This document shows, piece after piece, positions 9,630 to 23,820 of a stretch of DNA of 64,000 bases. The notes under the pieces were generated by a model, which saw only the letters and a program-made list of their open reading frames with translations, was not told the origin of the DNA and did no database searches. Source of the DNA: Eledone cirrhosa (Eukaryota); assembly GCA_964016885.1 (NCBI GenBank), contig OZ024741.1, forward strand, positions 250,356,001 through 250,420,000, written 5' to 3'. The position numbers and the translations under genes are program-made. The number at the start of each line of letters is the position of its first letter. The stretch's first letter is position 1.

Positions 9630-11999
9630 CCAAGGGGAGATAATTTGTAAAAAAATCAGGGGTAGATAATTTGTAAAAAAAAATCAGGGGGAGATAATTT
9701 GTAAAAAAAAATCAGGGGGAGATAATTTGTAAAAAAAATCAAGGGGAGATAATTTCCAGCCGTCCAAGGGGAGATAATTTTCAGCCGTCCAAGGAGAGGT
9801 AATTTCTAGCCGTCCAAGGGGAGATAAGTTCCAGCCTCCAAGGGGAGATAATTTCCAGCCAGCCAAGGGGAGATAATTTGTAAAAAAATCAGGGGTAGAT
9901 AATTTGTAAAAAAAAATCAGGGGGAGATAATTTGTAAAAAAAATCAGGGGGAGATAATTTGTAAAAAAAATCAGGGGTAGATAATTTCCAGCCGTCCAAG
10001 GGGAGATAATTTCCATCCTTCCAAGGGGAGATAATTTCCAGCCGTCCAAGGGGAGATAATTTCCCGCCAGCCAAGGAGAGATAATATTTAAAAAAATCAG
10101 GCGGAGATAATTTGTAAAAATATCAGGTTGAGATAATTTGTAAAAAAATCAGGGGGAGATAATTTGTAAAAAAAAATCAGGGGTAGATAATTTGTAAAAA
10201 AAAATCAGGGGGAGATAATTTGTAAAAAAAAATCAGGGGGAGATAATTTGTAAAAAAATCAAGGGTAGATAATTTCTAGCCGTCCAATGGGAGATAATTT
10301 TCAGCCGTCCAAGGAGAGGTAATTTCTAGCCGTCCAAGGGGAGATAATTTCCAGCCGTCCAAGGGGAGATAATTTTAAAAAAAAAATCAGGCGGAGATAA
10401 TTTGTAAACAAAAATCAGGGGGAGATAATTTGTAAAAAAAAATCAGGGGGAGATAATTTGTAAAAAAAATCAAGGGGAGATAATTTCCAGCCATCCAAGG
10501 GGAGGTAATATCTAGCCATCCAAGGGGAGATAATTTCCAGCCGTCCAAGGGGAGATAATTTCCAGCCGTCCAAGGGGAGATAATATCCAGCAGTCCAAGG
10601 AGACATATTTTCCAGCCGTCCAAGGAGAGGTAATTTCTAGCCGTCCAAGAGGAGATAAGTTCCAGCCTCCAAGGGGAGATAATTTCCAGCCAGCCAAGGG
10701 GAGATAATTTGTAAAAAAATCAGGGGGAGATAATTTGTAAAAAAAAATCAGGGGAGATAATTTGTAAAAAAAAATCAGGGGGAGATAATTTGTAAAAAAA
10801 ATCAGGGGGAGATAATTTGTAAAAAAAATCAAGGGGAGATAATTTCCAGCCGTCCAAGGGGAGATAATTTTCAGCCGTCCAAGGAGAGGTAAATTCTAGC
10901 CGTCCAAGGAGAGATAATTTCCAGCCGTCCAAGGTGAGATAATTTCCAGCCGTCCAAGGGGAGATAATTTTTTTAAAAAAATCAGGCGCAGATAAGTTGT
11001 AAAAAAAAATCAGGGGTAGATAATTTGTAAAAAAAATCAGGGGGAGATAATTTGTAAAAAAAATCAAGGGGAGATAATTTCCAGCCGTCCAAGGGAAGAT
11101 AATTTCCAGCCCTCCAAGGGGCTATAATTTCCAGCGTCCAAGGGGAGATAATTTCCAGCCAGGGAAGGGGAGATAATTTTTTTTTAAAAATCACTGGGAG
11201 ATTTGTAAAAAAAATCAGGGGGAGATAATTTGTAAAAAACTCAAGGGGTGATAATTTCCAGCCGTCCAAAGAGAGATAATTTCTAGCCGTCCAAGGGGAG
11301 ATAATTTCCAGCCAAGGGGAGATAATTTCCTGCCTTCCAAGGGGAGATAATTTTTAAAAAAATCAGGTGGAGATAATTTGTAAAAAAAATCAGTGGAAGA
11401 TAATTTGTAAACAGAAAATCAAGGGCAGATAATTTCCAGCCGTCCAAGGGGAGATAATTTCCCGCCAGCCAAGGGAAGATAATATTTAAAAAAATCAGGG
11501 GGAGATAATTTGTAAAAAAAAATCAGGGGGAGATAATTTGTAAAAAAAATCAAGGGGAGATAATTTCCAGCCGTCCAAGGGGAGATAATTTTTTAAAAAA
11601 AATCAGGCGGAGATAATTTGTAAACAAAAATCAGGGGGAGATAATTTGTAAAAAAAAATCAGGGGGAGATAATTTGTAAAAAAAAATCGGAGATAATTTG
11701 TAAAAAAAATCAAGGGGAGATAATTTCCAGCCGTCCAAGGGGAGGTAATATCTAGCCATCCAAGGGGAGATAATTTCCAGCCGTCCAAGGGGAGATAATT
11801 TCCAGCCGTCCAAGGGGAGATAATTTCCCGCCAGCCAAGGAGAGATAATATTTAAAAAAATCAGGCGGAGATAATTTGTAAAAAAAATCAGGGGGAGATA
11901 ATTTGTAAAAAAATCAGGGGGAGATAATTTGTAAAAAAAAAATCAGGGGGAGATAATTTGTAAAAAAAATCAGGGGGAGATAATTTGTAAAAAAAATCA

Positions 12000-14900
12000 G
12001 GGGTAGATAATTTGTAAAAAAAAATCAGGGGGAGATAATTTGTAAAAAAAATCAGGGGGAGATAATTTGTAAAAAAAATCAGGGGTAGATAATTTCCAGC
12101 CGTCCAAGGGGAGATAATTTCCATCCTTCCAAGGGGAGATAATTTCCAGCCGTCCAAGGGGAGATAATTTCCCGCCAGCCAAGGAGAGATAATATTTAAA
12201 AAAATCAGGCGGAGATAATTTGTAAAAAAAATCAGGGGGAGATAATTTGTAAAAAAATCAGGGGGAGATAATTTGTAAAAAAAAAATCAGGGGGAGATAA
12301 TTTGTAAAAAAAATCAGGGGGAGATAATTTGTAAAAAAAATCAGGGCTAGATAATTTGTAAAAAAAAATCAGGGGGAGATAATTTGTAAAAAAAATCAGG
12401 GGGAGATAATTTGTAAAAAAAATCAGGGGTATATAATTTCCAGCCGTCCAAGGGGAGATAATTTCCATCCTTCCAAGGGGAGATAATTTCCAGCCGTCCA
12501 AGGGGAGATAATTTACCGCCAGCCAAGGAGAGATAATATTTAAAAAAATCAGGCGGAGATAATTTGTAAAAAAAATCAGGGGGAGATAATTTGTAAAAAA
12601 ATCAGGGGGAGATAATTTGTAAAAAAAAAATCAGGGGGAGATAATTTGTAAAAAAAATCAGGGGGAGATAATTTGTAAAAAAAAATCAGGGGTAGATAAT
12701 TTGTAAAAAAAAATCAGGGGGAGATAATTTGTAAAAAAAAAATCAGGGGGAGATAATTTGTAAAAAAATCGAGGGGAGATAATTTCCAGCCGTCCAAGGG
12801 GAGATAATTTTCAGCCGTCCAAGGAGAGGTAATTTCTAGCCGTCCAAGGGGAGATAATTTCCAGCCGTCCAAGGGGAGATAATTTTTTTAAAAAAATCAG
12901 GCGGAGATAATTTGTAAACAAAAATCAGGGGGAGATAATTTGTAAAAAAAAATCAGGGGGAGATAATTTGTAAAAAAAAATCGGAGATAATTTGTAAAAA
13001 AAATCAAGGGGAGATAATTTCCAGCCGTCCAAGGGGAGGTAATATCTAGCCATCCAAGGGGAGATAATTTCCAGCCGTCCAAGGGGAGATAATTTCCAGC
13101 CGTCCAAGGGTAGATAATATCCAGCCGTCCAAGGAGACATATTTTCCAGCCGTCCAAGGAGAGGTAATTTCTAGCCGTCCAAGGGGAGATAAGTTCCAGC
13201 CTCCAAGGGGAGATAATTTCCAGCCAGCCAAGGGAAGATAATTTGTAAAAAAATCAGGGGGAGATAATTTGTAAAAAAAAATCAGGGGGAGATAATTTGT
13301 AAAAAAAAATCAGGGGGAGATAATTTGTAAAATAAATCAAGGGGAGATAATTTCCAGCCGTCCAAGGGGAGATAATTTTCAGCCGTCCAAGGAGAGGTAA
13401 ATTCTAGCCGTCCAAGGAGAGATAATTTCCAGGCGTCCAAGGGGAGATAATTTCCAGCCAGCCAAGGGGAGATAATTTGTAAAAAAATCAGGGGTAGATA
13501 ATTTGTAAAAAAAAATCAGGGGGAGATAATTTGTAAAAAAAAATCAGGGGGAGATAATTTGTAAAAAAAATCAAGGGGAGATAATTTCCAGCCGTCCAAG
13601 GGAAGATAATTTTCAGCCGTCCAAGGAGAGGTAATTTCTAGCCGTCCAAGGGGAGATAAGTTCCAGCCTCCAAGGGGAGATAATTTCCAGCCAGCCAAGG
13701 GGAGATAATTTGAAAAAAAATCAGGGGTAGATAATTTGTAAGAAAAAATCAGGGGGAGATAATTTGTAAAAAAAATCAGGGGGAGATAATTTGTAAAAAA
13801 AATCAGGGGTAGATAATTTCCAGCCGTCCAAGGGGAGATAATTTCCATCCTTCCAAGGGGAGATCATTTCCAGCCGTCCAAGGGGAGATAATTTCCCGCC
13901 AGCCAAGGAGAGATAATATTTAAAAAAATCAGGCGGAGATAATTTGTAAAAAAATCAGGTTGAGATAATTTGTAAAAAAATCAGGGGGAGATAATTTGTA
14001 AAAAAAAAATCAGGGGGAGATAATTTGTAAAAAAAATCAGGGGGAGATAATTTGTAAAAAAAAATCAGGGGAGATAATTTGTAAAAAAAAATCAGGGGGA
14101 GATAATTTGTAAAAAAAATCAGGGGGAGATAATTTGGAAAAAGAATCAAGGGGAGATAATTTCCAGCCGTCCAAGGGGAGATAATTTTCAGCCGTCCAAG
14201 GAGAGGTAAATTCTAGCCGTCCAAGGAGAGATAATTTCCAGCCGTCCAAGGTGAGATAATTTCCAGCCGTCCAAGGGGAGATAATTTTTTAAAAAAAATC
14301 AGGCGCAGATAAGTTGTAAAAAAAATCAGGGGATGATAATTTGTAAAAAAAAATCAGGGCGAGATAATTTGTAAAAAAAATCAAGGGGAGATAATTTCCA
14401 GCCGTCCAAGGGAAGATAATTTCCAGCCCTCCAAGGGGCTATAATTTCCAGCGTCCAAGGGGAGATAATTTCCAGCCAGGGAAGGGGAGATAATTTTTTT
14501 TAAAAAATCACTGGGAGATTTGTAAAAAAAATCAGGGGGAGATAATTTGTAAAAAACTCAAGGGGTGATAATTTCCAGCCGTCCAAAGAGAGATAATTTC
14601 TAGCCGTCCAAGGGGAGATAATTTCCAGCCAAGGGGAGATAATTTCCTGCCTTCCAAGGGGAGATAATTTTTAAAAAAATCAGGTGGAGATAATTTGTAA
14701 AAAAAATCAGTGGAAGATAATTTGTAAAAAGAAAATCAAGGGCAGATAATTTCCAGCCGTCCAAGGGGATATAATTTCCCGCCAGCCAAGGGAAGATAAT
14801 ATTTAAAAAAATCAGGGGGAGATAATTTGTAAAAAAAAATCAGGGGGAGATAATTTGTAAAAAAATCAAGGGGAGATAATTTCCAGCCGTCCAAGGGGAG

Positions 14901-17900
14901 ATAATTTTCAACCGTCCAAGGGGAGATAATTTCCCGCCAGCCAAGGGAAGATAATATTTAAAAAAATCAGGCGGAGATAATTTGTAAAAAAAATCAGGGG
15001 GAGATAATTTGTAAAAAAATCAGGGGGAGATAATTTGTAAAAAAAAAATCAGGGGGAGATAATTTGTAAAAAAAATCAGGGGGAGATAATTTGTAAAAAA
15101 AATCAGGGGTAGATAATTTGTAAAAAAAAATCAGGGGGAGATAATTTGTAAAAAAAATCAGGGGGAGATAATTTGTAAAAAAAATCAGGGGTAGATAATT
15201 TCCAGCCGTCCAAGGGGAGATAATTTCCATCCTTCCAAGGGGAGATAATTTCCAGCCGTCCAAGGGGAGATAATTTCCCGCCAGCCAAGGAGAGATAATA
15301 TTTAAAAAAATCAGGCGGAGATAATTTGTAAAAAAAATCAGGGGGAGATAATTTGTAAAAAAATCAGGGGGAGATAATTTGTAAAAAAAAAATCAGGGGG
15401 AGATAATTTGTAAAAAAAATCAGGGGGAGATAATTTGTAAAAAAAAATCAGGGGTAGATAATTTGTAAAAAAAAATCAGGGGGAGATAATTTGTAAAAAA
15501 AAAATCAGGGGGAGATAATTTGTAAAAAAATCAAGGGGAGATAATTTCCAGCCGTCCAAGGGGAGATAATTTTCAGCCGTCCAAGGAGAGGTAATTTCTA
15601 GCCGTCCAAGGGGAGATAATTTCCAGCCGTCCAAGGGGAGATAATTTTTTTAAAAAAATCAGGCGGAGATAATTTGTAAACAAAAATCAGTGGGAGATAA
15701 TTTGTAAAAAAAAATCAGGGGGAGATAATTTGTAAAAAAAAATCAGGGAGATAATTTGTAAAAAAAATCAAGGGGAGATAATTTCCAGCCGTCCAAGGGG
15801 AGGTAATATCTAGCCATCCAAGGGGAGATAATTTCCAGCCGTCCAAGGGGAGATAATTTCCAGCCGTCCAAGGGGAGATAATATCCAGCCGTCCAAGGAG
15901 ACATATTTTCCAGCCGTCCAAGGAGAGGTAATTTCTAGCCGTCCAAGGGGAGATAAGTTCCAGCCTCCAAGGGGAGATAATTTCCAGCCAGCCAAGGGGA
16001 GATAATTTGTAAAAAAATCAGGGGGAGATAATTTGTAAAAAAAAATCAGGGGGAGATAATTTGTAAAAAAAAATCAGGGGGAGATAATTTGTAAAAAAAA
16101 TCAAGGGGAGATAATTTCCAGCCGTCCAAGGGGAGATAATTTTCAGCCGTCCAAGGAGAGGTAATTTCTAGCCGTCCAAGGGGAGATAATTTCCAGCCGT
16201 CCAAGGGGAGATAATTTTTTTTAAAAAATCAGGCGGAGATAATTTGTAAACAAAAATCAGGGGGAGATAATTTGTAAAAAAAAATCAGGGGGAGATAATT
16301 TGTAAAAAAAAATCGGAGATAATTTGTAAAAAAAATCAAGGGGAGATAATTTCCAGCCGTCCAAGGGGAGGTAATATCTAGCCATCCAAGGGGAGATAAT
16401 TTCCAGCCGTCCAAGGGGAGATAATTTCCAGCCGTCCAAGGGTAGATAATATCCAGCCGTCCAAGGAGACATATTTTCCAGCCGTCCAAGGAGAGGTAAT
16501 TTCTAGCCGTCCAAGGGGAGATAAGTTCCAGCCTCCAAGGGGAGATAATTTCCAGCCAGCCAAGGGAAGATAATTTGTAAAAAAATCAGGGGGAGATAAT
16601 TTGTAAAAAAAAATCAGGGGGAGATAATTTGTAAAAAAAAATCAGGGGGAGATAATTTGTAAAATAAATCAAGGGGAGATAATTTCCAGCCGTCCAAGGG
16701 GAGATAATTTTCAGCCGTCCAAGGAGAGGTAAATTCTAGCCGTCCAAGGAGAGATAATTTCCAGGCGTCCAAGGGGAGATAATTTCCAGCCAGCCAAGGG
16801 GAGATAATTTGTAAAAAAATCAGGGGTAGATAATTTGTAAAAAAAAATCAGGGGGAGATAATTTGTAAAAAAAAATCAGGGGGAGATAATTTGTAAAAAA
16901 AATCAAGGGGAGATAATTTCCAGCCGTCCAAGGGAAGATAATTTTCAGCCGTCCAAGGAGAGGTAATTTCTAGCCGTCCAAGGGGAGATAAGTTCCAGCC
17001 TCCAAGGGGAGATAATTTCCAGCCAGCCAAGGGGAGATAATTTGAAAAAAAATCAGGGGTAGATAATTTGTAAGAAAAAATCAGGGGGAGATAATTTGTA
17101 AAAAAAATCAGGGGTAGATAATTTGTAAAAAAAAATCAGGGGGAGATAATTTGTAAAAAAAATCAGGGGGAGATAATTTGTAAAAAAAATCAGGGGTAGA
17201 TAATTTCCAGCCGTCCAAGGGGAGATAATTTCCATCCTTCCAAGGGGAGATAATTTCCAGCCGTCCAAGGGGAGATAATTTCCCGCCAGCCAAGGAGAGA
17301 TAATATTTAAAAAAATCAGGCGGAGATAATTTGTAAAAAAAATCAGGGGGAGATAATTTGTAAAAAAATCAGGGGGAGATAATTTGTAAAAAAAAAATCA
17401 GGGGGAGATAATTTGTAAAAAAAATCAGGGGGAGATAATTTGTAAAAAAAATCAGGGCTAGATAATTTGTAAAAAAAAATCAGGGGGAGATAATTTGTAA
17501 AAAAAATCAGGGGGAGATAATTTGTAAAAAAAATCAGGGGTATATAATTTCCAGCCGTCCAAGGGGAGATAATTTCCATCCTTCCAAGGGGAGATAATTT
17601 CCAGCCGTCCAAGGGGAGATAATTTACCGCCAGCCAAGGAGAGATAATATTTAAAAAAATCAGGCGGAGATAATTTGTAAAAAAAATCAGGGGGAGATAA
17701 TTTGTAAAAAAATCAGGGGGAGATAATTTGTAAAAAAAAAATCAGGGGGAGATAATTTGTAAAAAAAATCAGGGGGAGATAATTTGTAAAAAAAAATCAG
17801 GGGTAGATAATTTGTAAAGAAAAATCAGGGGGAGATAATTTGTAAAAAAAAAATCAGGGGGAGATAATTTGTAAAAAAATCAAGGGGAGATAATTTCCAG

Positions 17901-20900
17901 CCGTCCAAGGGGAGATAATTTTCAGCCGTCCAAGGAGAGGTAATTTCTAGCCGTCCAAGGGGAGATAATTTCCAGCCGTCCAAGGGGAGATAATTTTTTT
18001 TAAAAAATCAGGCGGAGATAATTTGTAAAAAAAAATCAGGGGGAGATAATTTGTAAAAAAAAATCGGAGATAATTTGTAAAAAAAATCAAGGGGAGATAA
18101 TTTCCAGCCGTCCAAGGGGAGGTAATATCTAGCCATCCAAGGGGAGATAATTTCCAGCCGTCCAAGGGGAGATAATTTCCAGCCGTCCAAGGGTAGATAA
18201 TATCCAGCCGTCCAAGGAGACATATTTTCCAGCCGTCCAAGGAGAGGTAATTTCTAGCCGTCCAAGGGGAGATAAGTTCCAGCCTCCAAGGGGAGATAAT
18301 TTCCAGCCAGCCAAGGGAAGATAATTTGTAAAAAAATCAGGGGGAGATAATTTGTAAAAAAAAATCAGGGGGAGATAATTTGTAAAAAAAAATCAGGGGG
18401 AGATAATTTGTAAAATAAATCAAGGGGAGATAATTTCCAGCCGTCCAAGGGGAGATAATTTTCAGCCGTCCAAGGAGAGGTAAATTCTAGCCGTCCAAGG
18501 AGAGATAATTTCCAGGCGTCCAAGGGGAGATAATTTCCAGCCAGCCAAGGGGAGATAATTTGTAAAAAAATCAGGGGTAGATAATTTGTAAAAAAAAATC
18601 AGGGGGAGATAATTTGTAAAAAAAAATCAGGGGGAGATAATTTGTAAAAAAAATCAAGGGGAGATAATTTCCAGCCGTCCAAGGGAAGATAATTTTCAGC
18701 CGTCCAAGGAGAGGTAATTTCTAGCCGTCCAAGGGGAGATAAGTTCCAGCCTCCAAGGGGAGATAATTTCCAGCCAGCCAAGGGGAGATAATTTGAAAAA
18801 AAATCAGGGGTAGATAATTTGTAAGAAAAAATCAGGGGGAGATAATTTGTAAAAAAAATCAGGGGGAGATAATTTGTAAAAAAAATCAGGGGTAGATAAT
18901 TTCCAGCCGTCCAAGGGGAGATAATTTCCATCCTTCCAAGGGGAGATCATTTCCAGCCGTCCAAGGGGAGATAATTTCCCGCCAGCCAAGGAGAGATAAT
19001 ATTTAAAAAAATCAGGCGGAGATAATTTGTAAAAAAATCAGGTTGAGATAATTTGTAAAAAAATCAGGGGGAGATAATTTGTAAAAAAAAAATCAGGGGG
19101 AGATAATTTGTAAAAAAAATCAGGGGGAGATAATTTGTAAAAAAAAATCAGGGGAGATAATTTGTAAAAAAAAATCAGGGGGAGATAATTTGTAAAAAAA
19201 ATCAGGGGGAGATAATTTGGAAAAAGAATCAAGGGGAGATAATTTCCAGCCGTCCAAGGGGAGATAATTTTCAGCCGTCCAAGGAGAGGTAAATTCTAGC
19301 CGTCCAAGGAGAGATAATTTCCAGCCGTCCAAGGTGAGATAATTTCCAGCCGTCCAAGGGGAGATAATTTTTTAAAAAAAATCAGGCGCAGATAAGTTGT
19401 AAAAAAAATCAGGGGATGATAATTTGTAAAAAAAAATCAGGGCGAGATAATTTGTAAAAAAAATCAAGGGGAGATAATTTCCAGCCGTCCAAGGGAAGAT
19501 AATTTCCAGCCCTCCAAGGGGCTATAATTTCCAGCGTCCAAGGGGAGATAATTTCCAGCCAGGGAAGGGGAGATAATTTTTTTTAAAAAATCACTGGGAG
19601 ATTTGTAAAAAAAATCAGGGGGAGATAATTTGTAAAAAACTCAAGGGGTGATAATTTCCAGCCGTCCAAAGAGAGATAATTTCTAGCCGTCCAAGGGGAG
19701 ATAATTTCCAGCCAAGGGGAGATAATTTCCTGCCTTCCAAGGGGAGATAATTTTTAAAAAAATCAGGTGGAGATAATTTGTAAAAAAAATCAGTGGAAGA
19801 TAATTTGTAAAAAGAAAATCAAGGGCAGATAATTTCCAGCCGTCCAAGGGGATATAATTTCCCGCCAGCCAAGGGAAGATAATATTTAAAAAAATCAGGG
19901 GGAGATAATTTGTAAAAAAAAATCAGGGGGAGATAATTTGTAAAAAAATCAAGGGGAGATAATTTCCAGCCGTCCAAGGGGAGATAATTTTCAACCGTCC
20001 AAGGGGAGATAATTTCCCGCCAGCCAAGGGAAGATAATATTTAAAAAAATCAGGCGGAGATAATTTGTAAAAAAAATCAGGGGGAGATAATTTGTAAAAA
20101 AATCAGGGGGAGATAATTTGTAAAAAAAAAATCAGGGGGAGATAATTTGTAAAAAAAATCAGGGGGAGATAATTTGTAAAAAAAATCAGGGGTAGATAAT
20201 TTGTAAAAAAAAATCAGGGGGAGATAATTTGTAAAAAAAATCAGGGGGAGATAATTTGTAAAAAAAATCAGGGGTAGATAATTTCCAGCCGTCCAAGGGG
20301 AGATAATTTCCATCCTTCCAAGGGGAGATAATTTCCAGCCGTCCAAGGGGAGATAATTTCCCGCCAGCCAAGGAGAGATAATATTTAAAAAAATCAGGCG
20401 GAGATAATTTGTAAAAAAAAATCAGGGGGAGATAATTTGTAAAAAAAATCAAGGGGAGATAATTTCCAGCCGTCCAAGGGAAGATAATTTTCAGCCGTCC
20501 AAGGAGAGGTAATTTCTAGCCGTCCAAGGGGAGATAATTTGTAAAAAAAATCAGGGGTAGATAATTTCCAGCCGTCCAAGGGGAGATAATTTCCATCCTT
20601 CCAAGGGGAGATCATTTCCAGCCGTCCAAGGGGAGATAATTTCCCGCCAGCCAAGGAGAGATAATATTTAAAAAAATCAGGCGGAGATAATTTGTAAAAA
20701 AATCAGGTTGAGATAATTTGTAAAAAAATCAGGGGGAGATAATTTGTAAAAAAAAAATCAGGGGGAGATAATTTGTAAAAAAAATCAGGGGGAGATAATT
20801 TGTAAAAAAAAATCAGGGGAGATAATTTGTAAAAAAAAATCAGGGGGAGATAATTTGTAAAAAAAATCAGGGGGAGATAATTTGGAAAAAGAATCAAGGG

Positions 20901-23820
20901 GAGATAATTTCCAGCCGTCCAAGGGGAGATAATTTTCAGCCGTCCAAGGAGAGGTAAATTCTAGCCGTCCAAGGAGAGATAATTTCCAGCCGTCCAAGGT
21001 GAGATAATTTCCAGCCGTCCAAGGGGAGATAATTTTTTAAAAAAAATCAGGCGCAGATAAGTTGTAAAAAAAATCAGGGGATGATAATTTGTAAAAAAAA
21101 ATCAGGGCGAGATAATTTGTAAAAAAAATCAAGGGGAGATAATTTCCAGCCGTCCAAGGGAAGATAATTTCCAGCCCTCCAAGGGGCTATAATTTCCAGC
21201 GTCCAAGGGGAGATAATTTCCAGCCAGGGAAGGGGAGATAATTTTTTTTAAAAAATCACTGGGAGATTTGTAAAAAAAATCAGGGGGAGATAATTTGTAA
21301 AAAACTCAAGGGGTGATAATTTCCAGCCGTCCAAAGAGAGATAATTTCTAGCCGTCCAAGGGGAGATAATTTCCAGCCAAGGGGAGATAATTTCCTGCCT
21401 TCCAAGGGGAGATAATTTTTAAAAAAATCAGGTGGAGATAATTTGTAAAAAAAATCAGTGGAAGATAATTTGTAAAAAGAAAATCAAGGGCAGATAATTT
21501 CCAGCCGTCCAAGGGGATATAATTTCCCGCCAGCCAAGGGAAGATAATATTTAAAAAAATCAGGGGGAGATAATTTGTAAAAAAAAATCAGGGGGAGATA
21601 ATTTGTAAAAAAATCAAGGGGAGATAATTTCCAGCCGTCCAAGGGGAGATAATTTTCAACCGTCCAAGGGGAGATAATTTCCCGCCAGCCAAGGGAAGAT
21701 AATATTTAAAAAAATCAGGCGGAGATAATTTGTAAAAAAAATCAGGGGGAGATAATTTGTAAAAAAATCAGGGGGAGATAATTTGTAAAAAAAAAATCAG
21801 GGGGAGATAATTTGTAAAAAAAATCAGGGGGAGATAATTTGTAAAAAAAATCAGGGGTAGATAATTTGTAAAAAAAAATCAGGGGGAGATAATTTGTAAA
21901 AAAAATCAGGGGGAGATAATTTGTAAAAAAAATCAGGGGTAGATAATTTCCAGCCGTCCAAGGGGAGATAATTTCCATCCTTCCAAGGGGAGATAATTTC
22001 CAGCCGTCCAAGGGGAGATAATTTCCCGCCAGCCAAGGAGAGATAATATTTAAAAAAATCAGGGGGAGATAATTTGTAAAAAAATCAGGGGGAGATAATT
22101 TGTAAAAAAAAAATCAGGGGGAGATAATTTGTAAAAAAAATCAGGGGGAGATAATTTGTAAAAAAAAATCAGGGGTAGATAATTTGTAAAAAAAAATCAG
22201 GGGGAGATAATTTGTAAAAAAAAAATCAGGGGGAGATAATTTGTAAAAAAATCAAGGGGAGATAATTTCCAGCCGTCCAAGGGGAGATAATTTTCAGCCG
22301 TCCAAGGAGAGGTAATTTCTAGCCGTCCAAGGGGAGATAATTTCCAGCCGTCCAAGGGGAGATAATTTTTTTAAAAAAATCAGGCGGAGATAATTTGTAA
22401 ACAAAAATCAGGGGGAGATAATTTGTAAAAAAAAATCAGGGGGAGATAATTTGTAAAAAAAAATCAGGGAGATAATTTGTAAAAAAAATCAAGGGGAGAT
22501 AATTTCCAGCCGTCCAAGGGGAGGTAATATCTAGCCATCCAAGGGGAGATAATTTCCAGCCGTCCAAGGGGAGATAATTTCCAGCCGTCCAAGGGGAGAT
22601 AATATCCAGCCGTCCAAGGAGACATATTTTCCAGCCGTCCAAGGAGAGGTAATTTCTAGCCGTCCAAGGGGAGATAAGTTCCAGCCTCCAAGGGGAGATA
22701 ATTTCCAGCCAGCCAAGGGGAGATAATTTGTAAAAAAATCAGGGGGAGATAATTTGTAAAAAAAAATCAGGGGGAGATAATTTGTAAAAAAAAATCAGGG
22801 GGAGATAATTTGTAAAAAAAATCAAGGGGAGATAATTTCCAGCCGTCCAAGGGGAGATAATTTTCAGCCGTCCAAGGAGAGGTAATTTCTAGCCGTCCAA
22901 GGGGAGATAATTTCCAGCCGTCCAAGGGGAGATAATTTTTTTAAAAAAATCAGGCGGAGATAATTTGTAAACAAAAATCAGGGGGAGATAATTTGTAAAA
23001 AAAAATCAGGGGGAGATAATTTGTAAAAAAAAATCGGAGATAATTTGTAAAAAAAATCAAGGGGAGATAATTTCCAGCCGTCCAAGGGGAGGTAATATCT
23101 AGCCATCCAAGGGGAGATAATTTCCAGCCGTCCAAGGGGAGATAATTTCCAGCCGTCCAAGGGTAGATAATATCCAGCCGTCCAAGGAGACATATTTTCC
23201 AGCCGTCCAAGGAGAGGTAATTTCTAGCCGTCCAAGGGGAGATAAGTTCCAGCCTCCAAGGGGAGATAATTTCCAGCCAGCCAAGGGAAGATAATTTGTA
23301 AAAAAATCAGGGGGAGATAATTTGTAAAAAAAAATCAGGGGGAGATAATTTGTAAAAAAAAATCAGGGGGAGATAATTTGTAAAATAAATCAAGGGGAGA
23401 TAATTTCCAGCCGTCCAAGGGGAGATAATTTTCAGCCGTCCAAGGAGAGGTAAATTCTAGCCGTCCAAGGAGAGATAATTTCCAGGCGTCCAAGGGGAGA
23501 TAATTTCCAGCCAGCCAAGGGGAGATAATTTGTAAAAAAATCAGGGGTAGATAATTTGTAAAAAAAAATCAGGGGGAGATAATTTGTAAAAAAAAATCAG
23601 GGGGAGATAATTTGTAAAAAAAATCAAGGGGAGATAATTTCCAGCCGTCCAAGGGAAGATAATTTTCAGCCGTCCAAGGAGAGGTAATTTCTAGCCGTCC
23701 AAGGGGAGATAAGTTCCAGCCTCCAAGGGGAGATAATTTCCAGCCAGCCAAGGGGAGATAATTTGAAAAAAAATCAGGGGTAGATAATTTGTAAGAAAAA
23801 ATCAGGGGGAGATAATTTGT
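12000..23820 (+). repeat. ~5.1-kb tandem duplication; the second copy is expanded by an internal 1,665-bp duplication
   Basis: Offsets of 5,111 (12232/17343), 5,083 (13516/18599, 13955/19038, 14994/20077), then 6,748 = 5,083+1,665 (13955/20703, 14994/21742) and 6,721 (15715/22436, 16229/22950, 16848/23569). Confidence 0.85.
18610..22060 (+). repeat. 1,665-bp tandem duplication (1,795 bp less a 130-bp deletion near 20,535)
   Basis: ORF pairs 19038/20703, 19120/20785, 20077/21742. Shared rare variants GAGATCATTT, GGAAAAAGAATC, GGGGATGAT, GGGCGAG. AAGGGAAG at 18681 vs 20476 is offset by 1,795. Confidence 0.88.
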
